From: Candidatus Eiseniibacteriota bacterium
GTDB taxonomy: Bacteria; Eisenbacteria; RBG-16-71-46; CAVPCR01
Direction: 5' to 3'
Assembly (NCBI GenBank): GCA_963702435.1
Contig: CAVPCR010000005.1
Coordinates: forward strand, 128,001 to 192,000
DNA length: 64,000 bases
The position numbers and the translations under genes were made by a program. The notes under the pieces are model-generated. The model ran no database searches. It worked only from the letters and a program-made list of their open reading frames with translations, and was not told where the DNA came from. Shown here in pieces: positions 9,741 through 22,538 of the stretch (positions are counted from its first letter, which is position 1; each line of letters opens with the position of its first letter).

Positions 9741-11630
9741 CTACTTGAGAAGAACCACCTTGCCGGTGAGCGCCGCCTGGCGCGCACCGCTCCGCGGATC
9801 CTCGAGCAGGAGACGATACGGATAAACGCCGGCGCTTCGCCCCTCGCCGGAGAACGGGACCTCGCGCAGGCCGGCGTTCTCGACGCCGACCACGCGCCGC
9901 TCGATGAGTCGGCCCTGGAGGTCGAACACCTCGAGCGTGACCCGGCTCGACTCCGCCAGCCGATACTGGATGCGCGGGCCCGGCGACGGGTTGGGGTAGC
10001 TCTTGACGAGGGAGAAGCCGGCCGGCGGCGCCGGCGCCTCCGGATCATCCACGCCGATCACGCTCCGCGCGAGGAAGGTCCACGGCGGGCAGCAGGTCCC
10101 CTCGTACTCCTTGAACCACCAGGTGCGAGTGCCGTAGCTCCGGGTGAACGGCGTGAACGAATCGCCGTCGAGGAGGTTGACGCCCATCCAGAAGTTGCCG
10201 GTCCCGAGGTTGGCCGGGTAGCCGAGCGCCAGGAGGTCGAAGGACAGCTCGGCGTAGTACCCGGTATCGGCCTGGGTGCCGAGCGTGTCGACCGTCGTTC
10301 CCGGCTTGAGCGTGATGGCGACCGCGGCCGTGCCGTCGCTCACCATGGTCGCCAGGTAGTCCTGGGGCAGAGCCGTCCCGTCCTGGGCGACCTGGCACGC
10401 GAGCCGGCGGGAGAGGAGCTGCCGGTCGGGCCCGCGCACCGAGTACTCGGTCGGCGACACGAGGAACCCGTCCCAGCGATCGAAGTCGGGGATGTACTGC
10501 ACGGCGCGATCGCGGACATCGAAGCCCATGTAGAACTTGGTCCCGTTGAAGAACATCTTCACCGTGGCGTCGGCCGGGTCGAGGATCGGCGCGGTCCCGC
10601 CGTTGACCGGGGCCTGGTACTGGCCCGATCGATACGGGCCGATTACAGGATAGGACGCGCGAAGCGCATCGTCGCCCCAGCGGATGTCGAAGGAGTAGAC
10701 GAGAGGATCGTTCCAGATCGCCTCGTTCAGCTGCCCGTTGACAGTCGGCGGCGTGCCGTCCACCTCCCAGATGACGAGCTCGGGTCCGATGTACGGCAGG
10801 ACCGGCGAGTTGACCGTGACGTCGGGGCGCGCGTGGACGCGGACCTCGTTGAACCACATGGCATTGCCCCACGGGCACTGCCACCAGACGCGGTTGTACC
10901 CGACCCGTCCCTCGACTCGCGGCCAGAGCCAATCGCCATCGTAGATCGAGACGTTCCACTCGAAGATGTCGCCGCTCACCTGCGTGATGTCGTAGCCCAT
11001 CGGCTCGCAGTTGAAACGCATCTCGACCGTGTAGCCGCGATCGATCGTCGCATCGGAGTTGGAGAGCCCGTCGACGACGGTGACGGCATCCCAGGCCGCG
11101 ATCTGCTCCGGCGTGCGCGGCGTGCCGGGCGGCTCGGTCGCCCAGCGTCCCTTGAACGAGGGTACCTGGCCCGGCGGCTGCGGATTGGGCAGCGTGGGGT
11201 ACCACCAGGAATAGAGATACTCCGCCGGACCCTTGGGGAAGCCGGTGGCGGCGTGATCCTTGACCGCCATGAGGAGGCCGTCGAATTCGTTGAAACCTGC
11301 CGAGCCGCCCACGGAGGAATCTGGGACGATGGCCGCCAAGTAGATCTGATTGCCGTAGCTCAGGAACTTGAGCTTGGCGCGGGTCGAGTCGCTCGGCGTT
11401 CCCAGCTCGATCTTGAAACCGCTGCCGGGAAGGCCGGCATCCACGCCTAACCTGACGGTGACGGATTCGGCCCGCGCCCAGGCCGGCTCGTTCAGCACGC
11501 CATCGAGCGTGATCGGCGAGAGCGATCGGCGCGCCCAGATCGCGTCCTGGCGCTGGGTGGCTGCGAATGCAGTAGCCTCTGCGCCCAGCACCGCGGCGAG
11601 GACGAGGGCAATGACCGGTGCCCATCTCAT
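9741..11630 (-). CDS. Secreted protein with two CBM9/DOMON-like sugar-binding repeats and T9SS/FlgD-like C-terminal domain
   Basis: ATG 11630 overlaps LacI stop; signal peptide; repeated ITLDGVLNEPAW / PTVNGQLNEAIW and GYTVEMRF / GYYAELSF; C-terminal SYPNPS...VFDLQGR...AGVY. Confidence 0.75.
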   Translation of the reverse strand: MRWAPVIALVLAAVLGAEATAFAATQRQDAIWARRSLSPITLDGVLNEPAWARAESVTVRLGVDAGLPGSGFKIELGTPSDSTRAKLKFLSYGNQIYLAAIVPDSSVGGSAGFNEFDGLLMAVKDHAATGFPKGPAEYLYSWWYPTLPNPQPPGQVPSFKGRWATEPPGTPRTPEQIAAWDAVTVVDGLSNSDATIDRGYTVEMRFNCEPMGYDITQVSGDIFEWNVSIYDGDWLWPRVEGRVGYNRVWWQCPWGNAMWFNEVRVHARPDVTVNSPVLPYIGPELVIWEVDGTPPTVNGQLNEAIWNDPLVYSFDIRWGDDALRASYPVIGPYRSGQYQAPVNGGTAPILDPADATVKMFFNGTKFYMGFDVRDRAVQYIPDFDRWDGFLVSPTEYSVRGPDRQLLSRRLACQVAQDGTALPQDYLATMVSDGTAAVAITLKPGTTVDTLGTQADTGYYAELSFDLLALGYPANLGTGNFWMGVNLLDGDSFTPFTRSYGTRTWWFKEYEGTCCPPWTFLARSVIGVDDPEAPAPPAGFSLVKSYPNPSPGPRIQYRLAESSRVTLEVFDLQGRLIERRVVGVENAGLREVPFSGEGRSAGVYPYRLLLEDPRSGARQAALTGKVVLLK

Positions 11631-12682
11631 GATTGTGCCTCCCTGCGCCCAGCGCGGCTGGGTCGCGTCCTTGGATCCTGTGTCTCGATCGAAACTGCGG
11701 TGGATTGTCGGATGACGAGGGTGGCAGGCAACAGCTCGCGGCGACACGGCGCGCCATTCTCCGCCGCGATGGCGGCGACGAGGAGCCGCACCGCGCGCGC
11801 CCCCAGCTCGTAGGCATCCACGTGTACGGTGGTCAGCGCCGGAGTCACGTACTGGGCGATCGCGATGTCGTCGAATCCGGCCACGGCCATGTCGGCGGGA
11901 ACGCGGACGGCACGGGCGCCGAGCGCGCTCAGAAGACCGATGGCCATGTAGTCGTTGGTGGCGAAGACCGCCGAGGGCGGGGGCTCGAGCGCCAGGAGCT
12001 GCGCCGCGGCGTCGAAACCTGAGGACTCGGTGAAGTCGCCCTCGATCTCGAGCGCCGGGTCCGGAGCGATCCCGGCGGCGGCCAGCGCCTGCCGGTAGCC
12101 GGCGAGGCGCTCCTCCGCGTCCGCGTTGCCGCGCGGCCCCTTGATCACCGCCATGACGCGATGGCCGAGCGCGAGGAGATGGCTGACGACCTGGCGCGCC
12201 CCCTCCGCATTGGCGATGCCAACGGCGCTCGTGCCATTGGCCGACGGCGTGTTCAGGAGAACGGTCGGGAAACGGCGGGCGACCCGGTCGATCGACCGGG
12301 CCGACTCGGCATCGGGCGCCATGAGGACGAGACCGTCGACGCGCCCGCGCATCGAGCGCGCGGCGGCGGCGATGGCCTCGGCCTCGGCGTGCGAGCTCGA
12401 GATCAGGACCTGGAACCGGGCCCGGCGCGCCTCGTGATCGATCCCGCGGATCACCTCGGAGAAGAACTCACCGTAGAGATCGGGGAGGAGGATACCGAGG
12501 ACGTGCGTGCGGCTCTGGCGGAGGCTGCGCGCGGCGGGGTTCGGCCAGTAGTCGAGGGTGGCGGCAGCAGCAATCACGCGGCGGGACGACTCACCGCTCA
12601 CTCGGGCATTGCCGTTGAGCACGCGCGACACCGTCGCGATCGAGACGCCGGCCGCGCGCGCCACATCATGGATGGTTGCCAA
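11627..12682 (-). CDS. LacI-family transcriptional regulator
   Basis: TIHDVARAAGVSIATVSRVLN HTH; YWPNPAARSL hinge; AVFATNDYMAIG, VAGFDD, PALTTV. Confidence 0.95.
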   Translation of the reverse strand: MATIHDVARAAGVSIATVSRVLNGNARVSGESSRRVIAAAATLDYWPNPAARSLRQSRTHVLGILLPDLYGEFFSEVIRGIDHEARRARFQVLISSSHAEAEAIAAAARSMRGRVDGLVLMAPDAESARSIDRVARRFPTVLLNTPSANGTSAVGIANAEGARQVVSHLLALGHRVMAVIKGPRGNADAEERLAGYRQALAAAGIAPDPALEIEGDFTESSGFDAAAQLLALEPPPSAVFATNDYMAIGLLSALGARAVRVPADMAVAGFDDIAIAQYVTPALTTVHVDAYELGARAVRLLVAAIAAENGAPCRRELLPATLVIRQSTAVSIETQDPRTRPSRAGRREAQS

Positions 12683-12728
12683 TGCTCGCTCCCCGGAGTC
12701 GGGGCTGGGGACGGAGGAGCGCCTGACT

Positions 12729-12764
12729 CATGTAAAGGATTACATGGGCCGATCTCCTTGTCAA
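12729..12764 (-). promoter_or_regulatory. Putative LacI operator (CATGTAA-AGGA-TTACATG) with TTGACA -35 box upstream
   Basis: Perfect 7-bp inverted repeat 12729-12746 in an AT-rich island; TTGACA on minus strand at 12764-12759. Confidence 0.6.
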
Positions 12765-12897
12765 GAGGCAGCTTCCCGGGCGGCGACCAGGGCCCGGACG
12801 GCCCGGTGGTCTCGGGGGGACGCGGCTCGTGAGCCCTTGCCGCCAGGGGGGCGTGGCGGCCGGCGACGCGGGAGCGCGGCGGCCCTGGGCCTGGGCG

Positions 12898-12995
12898 GCC
12901 CCGGGAGCGCGGCGGCCCCGGGAGCATGGGCGGTCCCGGGAGCATGGGCGGCCCCGAGAGCATGGGCGGTCCCGGGAGCATGGTCGGTCCCGGAG
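12898..12995. repeat. 18-bp tandem repeat (CCCGGGAGCATGGGCGGT-like), ~4-5 copies
   Basis: Directly visible in the LacI/GH94 intergenic region. Confidence 0.8.
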
Positions 12996-13165
12996 GCCCC
13001 GGGGCCCGGCGCCACCGGGCCTGGGCATCTCCAGGGCCCGGGCCTGCCCCACCCGCCATGGCCGTTGATCCTCCGGCGCGGCATGGCGCAGACTCCGGCG
13101 CGCACTCTTGCGGCGATCGGCGCCCGACTCGATCCACGACGACCATCCGGACCCAGGAACTCGAC

Positions 13166-16100
13166 ATGCCACCCGCAGCCCCGCCGCTCAATCCCAGCTC
13201 AGGGCCCGCGCTGTCCGCCCGCCTCCTCGGGAACGGCAGCTACCGCGTGCTCCTCACGGCCGCGGGCACCGGCGCCTCCACCGCCGGCGACATCGCGCTC
13301 ACGCGCTGGCGCGGCGACCCGGTCACCGACGCCGACGGGTTCTTCATCTACCTCCGCGACACGGAGAGCGGCGACTTCTGGTCGGCAGGGCTCGCGCCGG
13401 CGAAGAAGCGTCCCGCGCGCTACGAGTCGCATTCGCAGCCCGGCCTCTTCACGATCGCGCGCGAGGACGACGGCATCGAGACACGGCTCGAGGTCTACGT
13501 GATCCCGGATCAGGCGGCGGAAGTGCGGCGGGTGACCCTCGTCAATCGCACGGTGCGGCGCCGCGTGATCGAGGTCACCTCCAGCGCGGAGGTGGTGCTC
13601 CACGATCCGGCGGCCCATGAGGCGCATCCCGTCTTCTCGCAGCTCTTCGTGCAGACCGAGTACGCGCCGGCGGAGCGCGCCCTCCTCGCGCACCGCCGCC
13701 CGCGCGCACAGGGCGAGGGTCATCCGTGGCTCGTGCATGCGATCGCAGTCGCCGGCGCCCGCGATGAGATCGCATGGGAGACCGACCGCGGCTGCTTCAT
13801 TGGCCGCGGGCGCACCGCAGCCGCGCCGGAAGCGATGCGACCGGGGACGCACCTCTCGGGCAGCACCGGCAACGTGCTCGATCCGATCGTGAGCTTGCGC
13901 GCTGTACTCACCCTTGCCCCCGGCGCCAGCGCGAGCGCCGCTTTCCTCCTCGGCGCGGCGCCGCGCCGCGACGCGGCACTGGCCCTGCCCGCGCTCATCG
14001 CCGACGGAGGAGTCGCTGCGCTCGCCGCCGCGGAGACGGCTGCGCGCGAACGCCTGGGCCGCCTCCTCCTGAGCGCCGCGGAATCCGAGTACTGGTCGGC
14101 GCTCGCGAGCGCCCTCCTCTACGGGCACGGCGGGCTGCGCGCGGCGCCCGGCGTCCTCGCGCGCGCCGCGGGAGATCCGGGCGCGCTCGGCCGCCTCGGC
14201 CTCGATCCCCGAGCACCACTCGCCGTGCTGCACGCCGAGCACGAAAGCAGCGCCGCGCTCCTCCCCGACCTGCTCCGCGGCTACGGCTACTGGCAGGCGA
14301 TCGGATTCCCGATCACGCTCGCGGTCATCGCCGGCGAGTCGATGTTCGCCCCCGGTCTCCTGCTGCCCTCCTGCGCCGGTCCGCTCCGCGTGCTCCGCGC
14401 GCGGGATCTCGCGGCCGCGGACCTCGATCTGATCGATGCGGCGGCGCGGCTCGTGGTCGCGGAGACATTGCCCCTGCTGGCGGAACCGGTGGGTGCAGGC
14501 GGCCTGCCCGCAGTTCCGGCTGCCGCTCCGGCTGCCCCCTCGCCCCCGCCGGAGTCCGCCGCCCCCGCGTCGCCGGCGGCGCGCGAACCCCTTCAGTTCT
14601 GGAATGGTCACGGCGGCTTCAGCCCCGACGGCCGCGAGTACGTGATCCGCCTCGCACCGGAGCCGGGCGGCGGGCTCCGGCTCCCGCCGCGGCCGTGGAC
14701 GAACGTGATCGCCAACGAGACATTCGGCTTTCTCGTCAGCGAGACCGGGGCCGGGAACACCTGGAGCGCGAACAGCCGCGAGCATCGCCTGACGCCGTGG
14801 TCGAACGATCCGCTCCTCGATCCGCACGAGGAGGCGTTCTACGTGCGCGACGAGGAGACGGGCCGCTTCTGGTCGCCGCTCGCGGGACCGGCGCCGCTCG
14901 CCGCGGAGCACGAGGTGCGGCACGGCTTCGGCGTCACTCGCTTTCGCGTGGAGGGAGAAGGACTGGAGCACGAGGCAACGCTCTTCGTCCCGCCGCAGGA
15001 CCCGCTGCGAGTGACGGCGCTCCGCCTTCGCAACCCGGGACCGCGGGCCCGCCGCCTCTCTCTCTTCGCGTACTACCGGCTCGTGCTCGGCACGACGCCG
15101 GCGGAGAGCGGGCGCTCTGTCACGACGGAGCGTGATGCCGCTTCCGGCGCCCTGTTCGCCCGGAACCGGCTCTCCGCCGAATTCGGCGCCCGCGTGGCAT
15201 TTTCTGCGGTGGCCACGGTGGACGGCGGCCCCGCAACCGGCGGCGGCGCGATCGGCGGCGGCGCAGCCGGCGGTCGCCGCTCGAGCGGCGACCGCGCCTC
15301 CTTCCTCGGCCCGCGCGGGACCGCATCGCATCCTGCGGCGCTCGCGCCCGGCGCACACCTCGACGGCCGGACCGGCGCCGGGCTCGATCCGTGCTTCGCC
15401 GAGGAGATCACGCTCGAGCTCGCCCCCGGCGCCACGGCCGAGGTCGCGTTCCTGCTCGGCGAGGCCACCACCGAGAATCAAGCGCGCGCGCTCGTGGCGC
15501 GCTACTCGGCGCCGCGCGCGGTCGAGAATGCCCTCGCCGCAGCGCGCGCCTTCTGGGCGGACGGGGTCTCGGCGCTCTCGATCAAGACGCCCGCGCCCTC
15601 GATCGACCTGATGGTGAACGGCTGGCTCCCCTACCAGACCCTCTCCTGCCGGATCTGGGGCCGCACCGCCTTCTATCAGTCGGGCGGCGCCTTCGGCTTC
15701 CGCGATCAGCTGCAAGACTCCGCCTCGCTCGTCGCCCTGTGGCCTGCCCTCACCCGCGCGCAGATCCTCCTCCACGCCGCGCATCAGTTCCCGGAGGGTG
15801 ACGTTCTCCACTGGTGGCATCCCCCGCTCGGCCGCGGGATCCGCACGCGGTGCTCCGACGATCTCGTGTGGCTCCCCTATCTCACGGCGCACTACATCGC
15901 AACGACAGGGGACCACGCGATCCTCGACGCGAGCGCGCCCTTCGTATCCGCGCGCCAGCTCGTGGCGGGCGAGGACGAGGCGTTCCTCGCCCCGACGGCG
16001 ACCGCCGAGTCGGCCGATCTCTACACCCATTGCTGCCTGGCCCTCGACCGCGCCCTGACCGCGGGAGCGCACGGCCTCCCGCTCTTCGGCACCGGCGACT

Positions 16101-17097
16101 GGAACGACGGCATGAACCGGGTCGGGCGCCTGGGGACCGGCGAGAGCGTGTGGCTCGGCTTCTTCCTCTTCGCCACGCTGGGCGACTTCGCGCCGCTCTG
16201 CCTCGCGCGCGGCGACGCCGAACGCGCGGCGCGCTACCGCGCCTGGCGCGAGAAGCTGTGCGTCGCCCTCAACGACGGCGGCTGGGACGGCGAGTGGTAC
16301 CGGCGCGGCTACTACGATTCAGGCGCTCCGCTCGGCTCGCGCACGAGCGACGAGTGCCGGATCGACGCCATCGCCCAGGCGTGGGCGGTGATCTCGGGCG
16401 CCGCCCCGCCCGCGCGCGTCGCGAGCGCCCTCGACGCGGTCGAGCGCGAGCTCGTGTCCGAGACGGACGGCCTGATCCGGCTCCTCGCGCCCCCCTTCGC
16501 GCTCACCCTGGAGGATCCCGGGTACATCAAGGGCTATGTCCCGGGCGCGCGCGAGAACGGCGGCCAGTACACGCATGGGGCCCTCTGGGTGGTGCGGGCG
16601 CTCGCGGAGGCCGGGCGGAACGAACGCGCCGCCGCGCTCCTCGCCATGCTGAGCCCGGTCGCGCAGGCCGCGACGTCCGAGCGCACCGCGGTCTACCAGG
16701 CGGAGCCCTACGTCATCGCCGCGGATATCCACGGCGCGCCGCCGCACGTCGGGCGCGCCGGCTGGACCTGGTACACGGGCTCGGCAGGCTGGATGTTCCG
16801 CGTGGCCGTCGAGTCGCTGCTCGGCTTCCGGCTCGCTCGTGGTCGCGCGCTCGTCCTTGCGCCGCGCGTGCCGGCCGGCTGGCCGGGCTTCACGATCCGC
16901 TATCGCCTGCCGGGCGAGAAGACCGAGTACGAGATCGAGGCGCGCTCGGCCGGCGACGGGGGCGCCGAGCTCTGCGCGGCGAGCGCCGATGGCGAACCGC
17001 TGCCGATCGTCGCGGGCGCCGCCCGGGTCGAGCTCGCCCACGACGGCCGTCGCCATCGCATCGAGCTCCTCCTCGGCCGGACGGAGAGCGCCGAGCC

Positions 17098-17101
<4 letters not shown>
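13166..17101 (+). CDS. GH94 glycoside phosphorylase resembling the C-terminal (tandem GH94) part of cyclic beta-1,2-glucan synthase NdvB/Cgs, stand-alone
   Basis: Two GH94 N-domains (LLGNGSYRV..., PWTNVIAN...NSREHRLTPWSND); YQSGGAFGFRDQLQD, GTGDWNDGMNRVG, GYIKGYVPGARENGGQYTH, GWTWYTGSAGW; ATG 13166 after AGGA. Confidence 0.9.
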
Positions 17102-18487
<1,386 letters not shown>

Positions 18488-18527
18488 CGCCGGGCGCCGC
18501 GCCGCCACGGCGCGTTCGGCGCGGCCG

Positions 18528-18731
18528 TCAGTCTTCGATGATGAACGTGACGCGCATCGCCACGCGGTACTCGGTGATCTTGCCCTTCTCGACGATCACC
18601 TTCTGCTCGGCAACCCAGGCCCCCTTGACGTTCTTGAGCGTCTTGTTCGCGCGTGCGATGCCCAGCTGGATGGCGTCCTCGAAGCTCCTGTCCGATGATG
18701 CGATGATCTCGCTGACCTTGGCGATGGCCAT
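18528..18731 (-). CDS. Dodecin-family protein
   Basis: 67 aa AKVSEIIASSDRSFEDAIQLGIARANKTLKNVKGAWV...ITEYRVAMRVTF. Confidence 0.9.
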   Translation of the reverse strand: MAIAKVSEIIASSDRSFEDAIQLGIARANKTLKNVKGAWVAEQKVIVEKGKITEYRVAMRVTFIIED

Positions 18732-18890
18732 GGCTGATTCCCTTTCCCGTGGATGCGCGGTGTAGCATGTCGCTGCCCCCGCGCATGCGGCCTGTGCGGC
18801 AAATGCGCTATGATCCGCCCTGGATCCTGGGGTCCCGGACCGGCCGCGGCCCGCCCCCGCCCCCGCAGTCTACAGCAGGAGAACCCGCGC

Positions 18891-19769
18891 GTGAACGACG
18901 AGAGCGTGCGCCGCATCAAGCGGCAATGGCAGAGCCAGCCCACCGTGGAAGGAGCCGGCGTCCATCTCTATCGCGCCTTCGGCTTCCGGGAGGTGCCGGC
19001 CATCGACCCCTTCCTCCTGCTCGATGACTTCCACTCGGAAAACCCCGCGGAGTACAGGCAGGGCTTCCCGTGGCACCCGCACCGCGGGATCGAGACCATC
19101 ACGTATGTCCTCGACGGCGATGTCGAGCACGGGGACAGCATGGGCAACCAGGGCCTCATCTCCGGCGGCGACGTGCAGTGGATGACGGCGGGAAGCGGCA
19201 TCATCCACCAGGAGATGCCGCAGGGGGACGGCCGCGGGCGCCTGCGCGGATTCCAGCTCTGGGCCAACCTGCCGGCGCGCGACAAGATGATGGATCCGCG
19301 CTATCGCGAGGTGCGTCAGGCCGACATTCCGGCCGTGAAGACCGCTGACGGCGCGACGGTGAAGGTCGTGGCCGGCGAGGTCGCCGGAGTGCGCGGGCCG
19401 GTCCAGGAGATCGTGACGGATCCCCGCTACCTCGACGTGTCGGTGCCCGCCGGGAAGATCTTCACCCTCCCGATCCCGCGGGAGCACACCGCCTTCGCTT
19501 ACGTGTTCGAAGGCGAAGGGTCGTTCGATGCGACGAGCGGGACAGCGCCCGCGGCGGCCGAGGGTTCGTTCATCCTCTATGCACGCGGCGGCGATGCGGT
19601 CCGCGTGCGCACGGAGAGCCGCGCCGTCCGCTTCCTCCTCGTCTCCGGCCGTCCGATCGGCGAACCCGTCGCCTGGTACGGACCGATCGTCATGAACACA
19701 CAGGAGGAGCTGCGCATTGCTTTCGCGGAGTACGAACAGGGCACCTTCGTCAAGACGCGGGAGAAGTAG
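18891..19769 (+). CDS. Pirin-family protein
   Basis: EGAGV, DPFLLLD, GFPWHPHRGIETITY, QWMTAGSGIIHQE, FQLWANLP, YGPIVMNT; GTG after CAGGAG. Confidence 0.93.
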   Translation: MNDESVRRIKRQWQSQPTVEGAGVHLYRAFGFREVPAIDPFLLLDDFHSENPAEYRQGFPWHPHRGIETITYVLDGDVEHGDSMGNQGLISGGDVQWMTAGSGIIHQEMPQGDGRGRLRGFQLWANLPARDKMMDPRYREVRQADIPAVKTADGATVKVVAGEVAGVRGPVQEIVTDPRYLDVSVPAGKIFTLPIPREHTAFAYVFEGEGSFDATSGTAPAAAEGSFILYARGGDAVRVRTESRAVRFLLVSGRPIGEPVAWYGPIVMNTQEELRIAFAEYEQGTFVKTREK

Positions 19770-19787
19770 AGCCGATCGTGCGGCGCC

Positions 19788-22037
19788 TCAGTCTGTGCGC
19801 ACGACCTTGACGGCGGCGCGGTGTCCGCCGCGCTCGAGCGACAGGAAGTAGACGCCCCGCGCCGCGGTGCGCCCCCGCGTCGTCCCGTCCCACGCTGCCT
19901 GCCAGCGCGACGGTCCAGAAGCCGTGATCGCGAGCGGGGCGACCCGGCGACCGCCGGCGTCGAAGACCGCGCCCTCCGGCGGCGTGGCCGCGTCGGCCGC
20001 ACGGGTCGCATCGACGGCGAGGACGATCGCCCCGCGCGCAACGAGCGGGGTGAGCGCGCGCAGGGACGCCCCGGGCCCGAGATCGCCCGCAGCCCACGAC
20101 GCACCCCCGGCGCCCGATCCCTCGGCCACCGCCGACGACCCGGCAAACTCCGCGACGAGGATCACGCTCGCCGCTCCCGCCGTCACGAAGCCCGTTTCGG
20201 TCGCCACGACGCGTTCCGGCCCCTCGGTCCACGGGAGGTCGATCGGCGCCCAGGTCACGCCGCCGTCCGTCGTCCGCCAGACGACCGGATCGAGGACGCT
20301 GCAGGCATAGCCGACCGCTTGGTCGCGGAAGCTCAGATCGAGGTTCCCCTCGGCGTTGACGCGCGTCCAGGTCGCGCCGCCGTTCGTCGTCCGGTGGATG
20401 CCCGCGAAGCTTGTGACGAGCCCGGTCGCAGCGTCGAACCAGTGCATGCCGCGGATCGGGTCCGAGATGAGTCCGACCTGGCCCACCGGCGTCCAGTTCG
20501 CCCCACCGTTGGTCGTCCGGTAGATCGCCGCACCGGAGCTGCCGCCGGCGACATAGCCCGTCAGCGCGTCGACGAAATCGATCGCGTCGAGACGCACCGC
20601 GGCCGAGAGACCGGTGCTCGCCGGGAACCATGTCGCCCCGGCGTCGGTCGACGCATAGACGTAGTTCACGTTGGTCCCGCCGTAGAGCGCGGCGTAGCAG
20701 CGCGTGGCGCTCCCGAAGTCGATGTCCACGGCGCTCCCCACGTAGTTCGGCGCGAGCGACTGCGTGGTCCAGGTTGTACCGCCATCCGTCGTGCGCGAGA
20801 CCCAGCTCGCGCCCGCCGTTCCATAGCCGCCGACGAGCCCGACCTGGTCGCCGGAGAAGGCGAAGACCTGCGGCACCGGGATCGCCGGCGCGCTCGGCAT
20901 CGGCTGCCAGCTCGCGCCACCGTCCGTGCTTTCGAGGTAGGCCACGCCGGCACCGACGCGCACGTCGCCGCCGGCAAGACCCTTGCCCCCGGGCAGGAAG
21001 ATGAGCGCCTCGAGCACGGCGCGCTCGCCGTCCCCGGGCGACTCCGTGAAGTTCGCCCACGTCGCGCCCTCGTCCATGCTCCGGAGGAGGTCGCCGTCCG
21101 TGCTCACGGCGACGAGGGCGCCGCCCGCAAGGCGCTCGATATCCGTGTAGCCGCGCGTCGAATCACGCCGATAGAGTCGCGTCCAGTGGAGGCCGTCGTC
21201 CTCGGTTCGCCAGATATCGGCCCCTTCTGCCTCGGTGACGACGAGGCGGCGGTTCACATCGAGGATGACCGCCTCCTCCTGATAGATCGGGCTCGAGCCG
21301 AGGGAGCCGTGCCGCGGGAACCACGAGGCGCCGCCGTCGGTCGTCCGGTAGGTGGTGAAGTCGAGGCAGATCCAGCCGTTCTGCGCATCGAGGAACTTAA
21401 CGTCCCCGGGGAACGAGTGGTCCTCGCTCGTGCCGGGCACCGCGGTCCAGGTGGCGCCGCCGTCGGTGGTCTGGCGGAGGAGGAACGGTCCGACCACATA
21501 GCCGTGGCTCGACGTCCGCCAGGCGTGGTCGACGATATCCCAGCTCGGTCCCGGGTTCCCGAGGAGCTGCCAGGTCGCGCCGTCATCGGTGGAGCGGAGC
21601 ACTTGACCGTTATCCCCCACGGCGGAGAGGGTCGCGCCGCTCACGCGGACCAGCGAGCGAAGAGCTCCGTGCGATGGATTGGCGACCGGGGCGAAGGTCG
21701 CCCCGCTGTCGGTGGACCTGAAGATGCCGGGCGCGCCGCCGACAGCGAGGACCGCGCCGGGAGCGATCACGAGCACGTCGTGAAGATCGGTCGAGAACGC
21801 CGTCAGGTCCGTGCGATCCACCCAGGTCATGCCGCCGTCGCTCGTCGTGAGGTGGGTCCCGAGGAGACCGACGGCACAGCCGATCTGGCTGTCCTCGAAA
21901 GCGACGCCTTCGAGCCCGTTCCCTTGCGGATGCGGATTGCCCCAGATGAAGGTCGGGGGCTCGGCGGCACCGCTTGCCGCGCCGAGGAGGAAGACGAGGC
22001 CGACGAGAAACGGGAACGCGCGGGGTGACGAGAGCAT
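19788..22037 (-). CDS. Secreted BNR/YCF48-type beta-propeller protein with FlgD-like C-terminus
   Basis: Signal peptide; many (S/T)(T/S)DGGxTW Asp-box repeats; C-terminal VFDAGGRRV...WDG...ARGVYF. Confidence 0.85.
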   Translation of the reverse strand: MLSSPRAFPFLVGLVFLLGAASGAAEPPTFIWGNPHPQGNGLEGVAFEDSQIGCAVGLLGTHLTTSDGGMTWVDRTDLTAFSTDLHDVLVIAPGAVLAVGGAPGIFRSTDSGATFAPVANPSHGALRSLVRVSGATLSAVGDNGQVLRSTDDGATWQLLGNPGPSWDIVDHAWRTSSHGYVVGPFLLRQTTDGGATWTAVPGTSEDHSFPGDVKFLDAQNGWICLDFTTYRTTDGGASWFPRHGSLGSSPIYQEEAVILDVNRRLVVTEAEGADIWRTEDDGLHWTRLYRRDSTRGYTDIERLAGGALVAVSTDGDLLRSMDEGATWANFTESPGDGERAVLEALIFLPGGKGLAGGDVRVGAGVAYLESTDGGASWQPMPSAPAIPVPQVFAFSGDQVGLVGGYGTAGASWVSRTTDGGTTWTTQSLAPNYVGSAVDIDFGSATRCYAALYGGTNVNYVYASTDAGATWFPASTGLSAAVRLDAIDFVDALTGYVAGGSSGAAIYRTTNGGANWTPVGQVGLISDPIRGMHWFDAATGLVTSFAGIHRTTNGGATWTRVNAEGNLDLSFRDQAVGYACSVLDPVVWRTTDGGVTWAPIDLPWTEGPERVVATETGFVTAGAASVILVAEFAGSSAVAEGSGAGGASWAAGDLGPGASLRALTPLVARGAIVLAVDATRAADAATPPEGAVFDAGGRRVAPLAITASGPSRWQAAWDGTTRGRTAARGVYFLSLERGGHRAAVKVVRTD

Positions 22038-22134
22038 GGTGGTGAGCCTCCGGGACGGGTGCGACGCGCGACGTGACTGCGGCGTGTGGCTAGATTGTAG
22101 ATTGCGCGCGGCGGACGGACAAGGGTCGGCCGCT

Positions 22135-22524
22135 TCAGGATCGGCGTGTTCGCGGCGCGGGGCGGGGCGCGGAGTTCCGAGACGACCGGCGGGGTGCATA
22201 GCGATAGCGTGCGAGCGCCACGCGCCCCGCCGGATCGAACTCGATGCCTTCCTTCTCGAGCAGAAACTGCTGGGCGAGACCGCCGCCGGGTTCGGAACGC
22301 TCGAGACTCAGGCGGCCCTGGGCATTCAGTATGCGGTGCCACGGCACGGTCGAACCCGTCGGCAGCGCATGGAGCGCATAGCCGACGAGGCGGGCCTGAC
22401 CAGGGAAGCCGGCGAGCGCGGCGATGTCGCCGTACGTCGCTACCCGCCCGCGCGGCACCCGGCGCACCGCCGCGTGGATACGCCGGTGGGTTTCACTCAG
22501 CGGCCGGCCGCCCGCGCTCGCCAC
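22135..22524 (-). CDS. Alkyltransferase-like (ATL, MGMT family) protein, copy 1
   Basis: VPRGRVATYGDIA, ARLVGYAL, PWHR (Trp in place of the catalytic Cys of PCHR). Confidence 0.9.
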   Translation of the reverse strand: MASAGGRPLSETHRRIHAAVRRVPRGRVATYGDIAALAGFPGQARLVGYALHALPTGSTVPWHRILNAQGRLSLERSEPGGGLAQQFLLEKEGIEFDPAGRVALARYRYAPRRSSRNSAPRPAPRTRRS

Positions 22525-22538
22525 CGCCTACGCGCCGT

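Noticed and set aside
12926..13165. N-terminal extension of GH94 (MGGPGS repeats)
   Set aside because: Translation of the intergenic 18-bp repeat; a better start with RBS is at 13166
15814..17097. 861-aa ORF as one protein
   Set aside because: Only the part from GTG 17098 is GH1; the upstream part is an alternate frame of the GH94 gene
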